Positions 8,003-18,792 of a stretch of 24,000 nucleotides of DNA are shown here, piece by piece. Location: the NCBI GenBank assembly GCA_000447295.1, contig ALVX01000004.1, one strand, 5' to 3'. This DNA is from Fischerella sp. PCC 9431. Its GTDB lineage: Bacteria; Cyanobacteriota; Cyanobacteriia; Cyanobacteriales; Nostocaceae. The first letter of the stretch is position 1; the number at the start of each line of letters is the position of its first letter. The notes under the pieces were generated by a model. The model saw only the letters and a program-made list of their open reading frames with translations. It did no database searches and was not told the origin of the DNA. The translations under genes and the position numbers were made by a program.

Positions 8003-9196
8003 TCACAATTTCACATATCGGGCAACTAAAGCTTGTGCTGCTTGATAGTGCTTCTCTACTAATTGAGGAGGAGAAAGTACCTGCACTTTATCCATGTAAC
8101 GATACACCCAGATACTAAACTCATCTAAAGAACGAGGTGGTAGGGGAACTGCATAATCCACATAACAAGGTTTACCTGTAGTTGTATCCACAGAACCGAT
8201 AGTAATTTTTTGTTTGGGATGACGGCGTTCTCCCTCAACAATAAAAGATGTAATTGGAGGGAAAAAACGTACTTTTACCTTGACAAACTCTAACTTCCCT
8301 TCTAGTTCCAGCTTTTGCTGTTGTGGATCTCCTAAATATAAACCCCAGCCGTTTTCTAGCAACTGATAGGCTTTGGCTAGGCTATTTCTTTGTGCTTCTA
8401 GTCCTCTAGCTGATTCGCTTAAAACTACATAGTAATTCTTAAAGCGATTCAAACGCCCTATAGCTAAATGTGCATTTTCACAATATTCGTAGAGTAAATA
8501 CCAAGCTATGTCATGATAAATAAGCTGTAAAGGTATGACTTGAATAGGGCCGATGCGGCTGTTGCCGTATAAGTCGCTACCACGAGAAATTTCAATTGCT
8601 AATCCCTGACTAATTGCTTTTTCAACTACAGATAATTGGTGAAATAAAGTATCTCGGTTTTCTCCTCGTGCTGCCATTTCTTCAGGATCTGTGTAAACAA
8701 TGGCACGATTGAGATGCTGGCGGACTGGGTAGAAGAATTCTCCTTTTAATTCCATATCCAAACCCCGCAATCTTTTAGAGAGTGTTTGGTAAATTCGTCT
8801 GAGTTGAGGATCACCTTGGAATTGTGCTTGTGATGCTAAAGCATTAAATGCTACTTTTAATTCTTCCGAGGATAAGGCACCAGTACCAAGGTAGTAACCC
8901 CAACGATACATACGGTGTTCCAAAATACCGTAGCGGCGTAGGGTTTCTAAATCTTTACGGATTGTGGGAATCGCAGGATAACCCGTTGGTAATTCTACAC
9001 CACATTCAGCAGCTAAGGAGCGTAGGTAGATTTGTACTTGGACTAGTGCATTGTGGTGTTGATGATCTGGAGAATCTGGAGTAGTGAACTCTGGACTACC
9101 TATACCTGGATGTTTGAGCAAAGTTGCAATCAGTAACATCAGGCGTTCAAAAGCCAGGATTTCTGTGTAGGCATGGGATGCAGGTTTTTTGGGCAT
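8003..9196 (-). CDS. WYL-domain transcriptional regulator (N-terminal wHTH-like region), divergent from the cas operon
   Basis: Contains a literal WYL motif in context (IYHDIAWYLLYEYCENAHLAIGRLNRF) after an N-terminal helical region. Its size and position next to cas genes fit known CRISPR-associated WYL regulators. Confidence 0.7.
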   Translation of the reverse strand: MPKKPASHAYTEILAFERLMLLIATLLKHPGIGSPEFTTPDSPDHQHHNALVQVQIYLRSLAAECGVELPTGYPAIPTIRKDLETLRRYGILEHRMYRWGYYLGTGALSSEELKVAFNALASQAQFQGDPQLRRIYQTLSKRLRGLDMELKGEFFYPVRQHLNRAIVYTDPEEMAARGENRDTLFHQLSVVEKAISQGLAIEISRGSDLYGNSRIGPIQVIPLQLIYHDIAWYLLYEYCENAHLAIGRLNRFKNYYVVLSESARGLEAQRNSLAKAYQLLENGWGLYLGDPQQQKLELEGKLEFVKVKVRFFPPITSFIVEGERRHPKQKITIGSVDTTTGKPCYVDYAVPLPPRSLDEFSIWVYRYMDKVQVLSPPQLVEKHYQAAQALVARYVKL

Positions 9197-9202
9197 CTGA
9201 AA

Positions 9203-9218
9203 AAGAAAATATTTTCTT
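9203..9218. promoter_or_regulatory. Perfect 16-bp palindrome AAGAAAATATTTTCTT immediately upstream of the WYL gene start; candidate operator
   Basis: Self-complementary as read. It sits 7 nt upstream of the WYL start codon (minus strand) in the divergent intergenic region. AT-rich, so chance occurrence is not negligible. Confidence 0.3.
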
Positions 9219-9374
9219 CATCCATTTTATTTTGCTAATACATGCTTGGCTAAAGCTTTTTAAGCAATTTATATAAAAATATTTAATTATAGTCTTTTTC
9301 TGGCGCTCAAGATGATTTCAGTAATATCTTAGTTATAAAGACTACAACTAAATCAATTAATTATTTACCAATTT

Positions 9375-9668
9375 ATGTATATTTCGCCTCGTGTCGCCAG
9401 ACTACGTAATGCTTTAGTATCCATATTCAATGGCAGTATTACTCTGATCATTTTGCTGATTGCTCCTTTAGGGTTAGCAGCAGTGATCATCAATACTTTA
9501 TTAGTCACAATCGCTACTTTTTTTGTTGCTACGATTGCTGACGGAGTGATCAGGTGGTTGGAACCAGGACAAAAGGCAGAGTTAATTTCTGCATCTAGAC
9601 AAAGAAATAGAAATGCCCTCAGTCACCTGTTGTCTTCTATTTTGAGACATGAGCATCGCAGAGATTAG
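9375..9668 (+). CDS. Possible small membrane protein (two predicted hydrophobic helices)
   Basis: ITLIILLIAPLGLAAVIINTLLVTIATFFVATIA hydrophobic stretch. The ORF ends 24 nt before cas1. There is no homology signal, so it could be spurious. Confidence 0.3.
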   Translation: MYISPRVARLRNALVSIFNGSITLIILLIAPLGLAAVIINTLLVTIATFFVATIADGVIRWLEPGQKAELISASRQRNRNALSHLLSSILRHEHRRD

Positions 9669-10486
9669 TAAAGATTCATTAACAAAGTTTAAATGCAGAC
9701 TCTCTATGTTTCCCAACAGAACTGCTATGTCGCCTTGCAACAAGAAAAACTGATAGTCAAACAAGGCGAAACTATACATGCACAGGTGCAATTGCCATTA
9801 TTAGAACAAATTTTGATTTTCGGCAATTCCCAGGTTAGCACCCAAGCTATTCGGGCATGTTTATGGCAGAACGTTCCCATAGCCTATCTTTCCCGTATGG
9901 GTTACTGTTACGGTAGGTTATTACCGCTCTTACGAGGATATCGCCAGTTGTCACGCTATCAACAGCAACTTTCAACAGTTGAACGGTTGATTACTGCACG
10001 AGCGATCGCCCAAACTAAAATCAAAAATAGTCGAGTTTTGCTACGGCGACAGAAAAAACGACTAGAATCAGAAGAATTGGAAAAAACACTGCAAAATCTT
10101 GATTATTTGGCTGCTCAAGCAGGTGAGGCTGATAGCTGGGAACGATTATTAGGATTTGAAGGTGCAGGTGCGGCTCAGTATTTTTCAGCTTTTGGCAAGT
10201 GTATCACAAACCCAAATTTTGTATTTACCGGGCGTAGTCGCCGTCCTCCGGGAAATCCTGTCAATGCGATGTTGAGCTTTGGTTATCAAGTTCTGTGGAA
10301 TCATTTATTAGCACTAATTGAACTCCAAGGACTTGATCCTTATTATGCTTGTTTGCATCAAGCACATGATGGTCATGCAGCACTAGCTTCAGATTTAATC
10401 GAGGAGTTCCGCGCTGCTATTGTAGACTCTTTGGTATTGTGGCTGATTAATCGTAAAATTGTTGATGCTCAACAAGACTTTGAATA

Positions 10487-11674
10487 AGCTGCTACGCAGC
10501 TTGATTGTATAATTATGAGTTAAGTAACCAAGCTATAATCAGCCACCTATGCCAGCAAAAAACCATCTTTCTCAAGAGCAGAAGGAACGGCTACTGAAAA
10601 CGCTAAAGGAGCATGAAAATCCATATGTAAGAGAAAAGGTTTTGATAATTTTGTTGATAAATGATGGAAAAACTTATCAAGAGATTAGTAGTTTTTTAGA
10701 TATTGCATATCCAACAGTAGCTTACTGGGCGGTTCACGGTGATCCAGATGATTTAGAAAGTTTTTTAGATGGGAGAAGAGAAGGTAACTTCCGTAAAGCT
10801 ACTAAAGAATATGAGGATTTGCTATTAGAAGTAATTGAAAAAGACCCGATAGAATATGGATATGAATTTGGTCGATGGACGGCGGCAAGACTAGCAATAT
10901 ATCTCGAAGAAGTAACAGGGATTAAGTTAAGCGGCTCTCAAGTCAGGAGAATATTAGAGCGAAAAAAGTACGTTTACCTCTGGGCAAAGTACAGCCTAGA
11001 GGACAAACAGAATCCTGAAAAGCGTAGAGCATTTAAAGAAAAACTATCCGAATATTTAAGAATAACGAAGGAAACACCAGAACGTTTACAGGTATGGTTT
11101 TGGGATGAAAGCGGATTTAGTTTAAGAGTCATAAGAAGAAAAACATGGGGTCGTAAAGGTCATAGAAAGAAAGTGACAGGACAAAGAAGAAAAGGAAGAG
11201 TAAATATTATGGGAGGGTTGCGTTATCATGATAAGAAGAGAATAAACTTTGTGATCAAACAAGGAAATGCAGATGTTTTTTATGAACAACTAAAATCCCT
11301 GAATAATTTTCTCATGCAAGAATGGCTAGAGTCAGGAAAAACAATAGAAGAATTTAAAAACTGCTCTGCAAAAATAGTAATTATATTAGATAATGCTAGC
11401 TTTCATAAAAGGAAAGATATTTTAGATAAAATTGAGTCAGAAATGCCAAATATTATCCTAGAATTTTTGCCAGAGTATAGCCCAGATTATAATTTAATTG
11501 AACTGGTTTGGCATTCAGCAAAAGAATATATAGCTCATAGATTATTCGAGTCAGTTTCACAACTAGAAGAGTTGTTAAATAAATTGTTAAATGAAGGAGG
11601 TCTTGTTATTAAATGGGAGCGCAAGATCAAAAATAAAGGTAATGCTGTTTATTAAATTTAGCTGCGTAGCAGCT
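10487..11674 (+). mobile_element. IS630-family insertion sequence (1188 bp) with a TA target-site duplication
   Basis: Terminal inverted repeats are AGCTGCTACGCAGCT (10487-10501) and AGCTGCGTAGCAGCT (11660-11674). They are flanked by TA at 10485-10486 and 11675-11676. The element has a single intact transposase ORF. Confidence 0.9.
10549..11655 (+). CDS. IS630-family (Tc1/mariner-like) DDE transposase
   Basis: N-terminal HTH-like region. DDE-type motifs are WFWDESGF, IILDNASFHK and YSPDYNLIELVW. The ORF is intact at 368 aa. Confidence 0.85.
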   Translation: MPAKNHLSQEQKERLLKTLKEHENPYVREKVLIILLINDGKTYQEISSFLDIAYPTVAYWAVHGDPDDLESFLDGRREGNFRKATKEYEDLLLEVIEKDPIEYGYEFGRWTAARLAIYLEEVTGIKLSGSQVRRILERKKYVYLWAKYSLEDKQNPEKRRAFKEKLSEYLRITKETPERLQVWFWDESGFSLRVIRRKTWGRKGHRKKVTGQRRKGRVNIMGGLRYHDKKRINFVIKQGNADVFYEQLKSLNNFLMQEWLESGKTIEEFKNCSAKIVIILDNASFHKRKDILDKIESEMPNIILEFLPEYSPDYNLIELVWHSAKEYIAHRLFESVSQLEELLNKLLNEGGLVIKWERKIKNKGNAVY

Positions 11675-11887
11675 TATCACAATGGCGGTTGTTATTTAAA
11701 TGATTCTGGACGAAGGAAATATTTGAAGGCATTTGTGCAGCGCATGGCAGAGGAAATACAAACTGATGCAGGTGAAAAACAACCGAAATGGGATTTACTC
11801 AACCGACAAATTAAGGCTTTTAAGCAGTTTGTCTACAATCCTAGCCATCATTATCAGCCTTATCGAATTGATTAAAGCCAATCAATC

Positions 11888-12169
11888 ATGTTGTTGTACG
11901 TTGTAGCTTATGACATTCCTTGCAACAAACGCCGCAAAAAGGTATCTGATTTATTGGAAGGCTATGGGCAAAGAGTTCAATATTCTGTCTTTGAGTGCCA
12001 GTTGACTACAGATCAATATAATGAACTTCGCAAGCGGTTAAAGAAACAGGTAAAATTAACAGAAGATAATGTGCGATTTTATCCATTATCACGGCATACT
12101 TTGGCACAAGTGGAAACTTGGGGAATTGGATCACCTGTGATTGAACCACCCAGTTCTGTGATTATATGA
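11888..12169 (+). CDS. cas2: CRISPR-associated endoribonuclease Cas2
   Basis: Canonical N-terminus MLLYVVAYDIPCNKRRKKVSDLLEGYGQRVQYSVFEC, 93 aa, directly between cas1 and the array. Confidence 0.9.
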   Translation: MLLYVVAYDIPCNKRRKKVSDLLEGYGQRVQYSVFECQLTTDQYNELRKRLKKQVKLTEDNVRFYPLSRHTLAQVETWGIGSPVIEPPSSVII

Positions 12170-12357
12170 GAGCAAGTACCGAAGTTCAGCCCAAATGCTG
12201 CAAATGCCTATTGTTGTGTTGTGAACTTCGGTTCTTTATGGGATAAGGTTTTTAGCCTTTTTGGTTGGAGGAATTGAGATGTTTTTGTCTATAAAATCTC
12301 TGAACTTCGGAAATCGGCTCTGGAAATCTTACTGGGTAACGGTTTAAAATGGGACTC
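12170..12357 (+). promoter_or_regulatory. CRISPR leader region
   Basis: AT-rich 188-nt region between cas2 and the first repeat, with the degenerate repeat at the far end of the array. It contains the inverted repeat ACCGAAGTTCA (12178-12188) / TGAACTTCGGT (12222-12232) and a further TGAACTTCGG copy at 12301-12310. I could not place a convincing -35/-10 pair. Confidence 0.55.
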
Positions 12358-13268
12358 TCCCCACTCGCTGGGGAAACTAATTGAATGGAAACATTGTTTG
12401 TTCTTCCTTCATTCGCATCAGCTTGGCTCTCCCCACTCGCTGGGGAAACTAATTGAATGGAAACCTCCTACGAAACCCACCTGTCCTTTAGATGTTCCGT
12501 CTCTCCCCACTCGCTGGGGAAACTAATTGAATGGAAACAGAAGAAGATGTGTAGGTAAGATTTTTGATCTTGTTTACTCCCCACTCGCTGGGGAAACTAA
12601 TTGAATGGAAACATAAAGTAAACTTTAGTAATTGATTAGCTTTTGCACTCCCCACTCGCTGGGGAAACTAATTGAATGGAAACACTTGTTGTGTAGATTA
12701 AAGCACAATGCTCTTTGATCTCCCCACTCGCTGGGGAAACTAATTGAATGGAAACTTCAGTGTAGACAACCCCTCAGCTAATAATTGCTTGACTCCCCAC
12801 TCGCTGGGGAAACTAATTGAATGGAAACATTGTTTAAGGTTATATCAAAGTTTTTAGAGGAAAATACCTCCCCACTCGCTGGGGAAACTAATTGAATGGA
12901 AACTTTCGATATCAAAAACATTTACAGTCTGATCAAGAATATACTCCCCACTCGCTGGGGAAACTAATTGAATGGAAACGTTATTAAATATTTGTTTATT
13001 AATAATATGCTATCCTCCCCACTCGCTGGGGAAACTAATTGAATGGAAACCTATATCATATTCTATTTGATCCGTTGAGAATATATTTCCTCCCCACTCG
13101 CTGGGGAAACTAATTGAATGGAAACGAAGTCGGACTTCCTTGAAACCGAGACCAGGAAACTCCCCACTCGCTGGGGAAACTAATTGAATGGAAACTTCTA
13201 TGTTGGTTGTCGTAGGGAATAAAGAAAAAGGACTCCCCACTCGCTGGGGAAACTAATTGAAATGTCAA
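12358..13268 (+). CRISPR. CRISPR array with 13 repeats (12 full, last one degenerate) and 12 spacers of 34-40 nt; repeat CTCCCCACTCGCTGGGGAAACTAATTGAATGGAAAC (36 nt)
   Basis: Repeat starts are 12358, 12429, 12503, 12577, 12648, 12720, 12793, 12868, 12944, 13015, 13090, 13160 and 13233. The first repeat has one C fewer in the C-run. The last repeat matches 28 nt and then diverges (..CTAATTGAAATGTCAAG). The repeat can form a CCCCA/TGGGG stem and ends in GAAAC, which supports + strand transcription. Confidence 0.97.
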
Positions 13269-13297
13269 GAGATAAGAAAATATTCTTGACTATTTTT
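13264..13297 (+). terminator. Possible weak intrinsic terminator after the array
   Basis: GTCAAGA (13264-13270) pairs with TCTTGAC (13284-13290) and is followed by TATTTTT. The loop is large (13 nt) and the stem is AT-rich. Confidence 0.3.
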
Positions 13298-13434
13298 CTA
13301 TAGAACCTAAAAGTCTTTCCAGCCAACAATCTGAAGCATTTTTCATATATTATTCCGAATATGTACAGAAATTCGACAAAACCAGATAACAATTAATACA
13401 ATCTAATCTGGAGGCTAAGAAAGGAAAATTACTT

Positions 13435-17567
<4,133 letters not shown>

Positions 17568-17579
17568 GGCAAGAAAATA

Positions 17580-18362
17580 ATGATTAATTCTATTTACCTC
17601 TATCTACTTTCTCCATTACATACAGGTGGTGCAACTCAAGAAGGTAATTTACTAGGAATTGCCCGTGAATCTCATACTAATTTACCTTACATACCCTCCA
17701 GTACTATTCGCGGTAAAGTTCGGTCAACTGTTACAGACGAAAAAATCAAATATCAACTATTTGGCAATGAGTTAAAAGATGGAAACCAATTAGAACAAGG
17801 TAACATTTGGATTGGTGATGCTTCTATATTGTGGTTACCTGTACCTTCTTTAAGTCATAGTGTAGTTTGGATTAGTTGTCCTATGTTGCTACAACGTTGG
17901 CAACGTCTACAAGGTAGTAATTTAACTATACCTCCTGAATATAGTTGCAACTTTGCTAATGGTAAATCTGCTGTTTATCTCAAAGATGCAATAATCAAAG
18001 CCGATAAATTACAAGCTTGGGAGAAATGGGAAGAATTTGTTCCCAAATCATCAGCAACAAGTTCTATAAATCGTTTATTAGTTTTACCAGATAAACATTG
18101 CGCTACATTAATACAAATGAGTTTATGGCGACAAGTGAAAATTAAACTAGATGAACACAAATCGGTAGATGGTGGTTTTCGTTATGAAGAAGCAATTCCC
18201 CCAGACACATTAATGTATTTACCTTGGGGAATCACATCTCAAGCTAACGGCACAGGTGAGAAATCATCTCAAGATTTTCAGAATTTACTAGCTGCAAATG
18301 AAATCTTACAAATTGGTGGGCAAGAAAGTTTGGGAAGAGGATTTGTCCAGCAGTGGATGTAA
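17580..18362 (+). CDS. cmr4: Cmr4 (backbone RAMP subunit); the canonical catalytic Asp is apparently not conserved
   Basis: LLSPLHTGG...LPYIPSSTIRGKVRS at the N-terminus and LQIGGQESLGRGFV at the C-terminus are typical of Cmr4. See the finding on the missing Asp. Confidence 0.85.
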   Translation: MINSIYLYLLSPLHTGGATQEGNLLGIARESHTNLPYIPSSTIRGKVRSTVTDEKIKYQLFGNELKDGNQLEQGNIWIGDASILWLPVPSLSHSVVWISCPMLLQRWQRLQGSNLTIPPEYSCNFANGKSAVYLKDAIIKADKLQAWEKWEEFVPKSSATSSINRLLVLPDKHCATLIQMSLWRQVKIKLDEHKSVDGGFRYEEAIPPDTLMYLPWGITSQANGTGEKSSQDFQNLLAANEILQIGGQESLGRGFVQQWM

Positions 18363-18390
18363 ACATTTAGTAGTAAAGGAATTAATTAAT

Positions 18391-18792
18391 ATGACATTTG
18401 ACCCCAGAACAATTGCAACACCAATTTATAAAGCCTTAAATAAATTGCGTTCTGAATCTCATCAAGATGATACTTGTTTAAAGCAACAAAAAGGGCAAGC
18501 AGTTGAACTTTACACTTATCTTTCTACTTGGGGGATGATGCGACTAAAGGCTGAAGAAACAGCTTTGGCAGATAATATGAAAGGTAAAAAACAGATAGTA
18601 AACAAGTTTTTTCAATGTTTACAAGAACTATCAGGAATAGAGGGTTTAGCGAACGAACAAGGTTTAGTCACTTTAAAAAATCTGGATACAGATGAATATT
18701 TAGGTTTAACCGGGTTAGGACTAGCTTTAGCACAAGAGTTTAGTTTTTGGGCTACTGCTATTTATTCAGATATTGAGGGAGATGCAAACTAA
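18391..18792 (+). CDS. cmr5: Probable Cmr5-like small subunit
   Basis: 133-aa ORF whose composition looks helical, in the cmr5 position between cmr4 and cmr6. The ATG at 18391 follows AAGGA; the ORF-track start at 18298 would overlap cmr4. The assignment rests on position and size only. Confidence 0.5.
   Translation: MTFDPRTIATPIYKALNKLRSESHQDDTCLKQQKGQAVELYTYLSTWGMMRLKAEETALADNMKGKKQIVNKFFQCLQELSGIEGLANEQGLVTLKNLDTDEYLGLTGLGLALAQEFSFWATAIYSDIEGDAN

Larger units (their letters stand above)
9693..11875 (+). pseudogene. cas1: cas1 interrupted by an IS630-family insertion (N-fragment 9693-10487, C-fragment 11675-11875)
   Basis: The N-fragment has Cas1 features (MQTLYVSQQNCYV..., GFEGAGAAQYF, NAMLSFGYQVL, LHQAHDGHAALASDLIEEFR). 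Removing 10487-11676 (the IS plus one TA) joins ...DFE to YHNGGCYLNDSGRRKYL... in frame and gives a 330-aa Cas1. The insertion creates a TAA stop at 10485-10487. Confidence 0.9.

Noticed and set aside
7930-8118. A 62-aa + strand ORF overlapping the 3' end of the WYL gene
   Set aside because: It is short, antisense to a well-supported gene, and has no ribosome-binding site.
11591-11875. A 94-aa ORF that might be called as an independent gene
   Set aside because: Its first 28 codons or so read through the right end of the IS630 element. From codon Y (11675) onward it is the in-frame C-terminus of the interrupted cas1.
12265-12296. Sigma70-like promoter in the leader (TTGGAG / TTGAGA with TATAAA at 12290-12295)
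   Set aside because: Spacing to the only good -10 is 19 nt or 10 nt respectively, and neither is convincing. I left it as an unannotated leader promoter.
5761-13268. The idea that IscB is functionally linked to the nearby cas1-cas2-array (a proto-Cas9-like CRISPR-associated IscB)
   Set aside because: IscB has its own flanking hairpin ends and upstream non-coding scaffold. It lies about 5 kb from the array and is separated from it by unrelated genes, including an opposite-strand regulator. The array repeat shows no similarity to the iscB upstream region, so the adjacency looks coincidental within an accessory island.
13010-13392. Minus-strand ORFs 13010-13240 and 13198-13392 with the repeated peptide ISFPSEWGG
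   Set aside because: They are translations of the CRISPR repeats. The periodic peptide repeat comes from the 36-nt DNA repeat, so they are not genes.
18298-18390. The extended start (18298) for the cmr5-like ORF, overlapping cmr4 by 65 nt
   Set aside because: The internal ATG at 18391 has an AAGGA upstream and avoids a long out-of-frame overlap with the conserved Cmr4 C-terminus.
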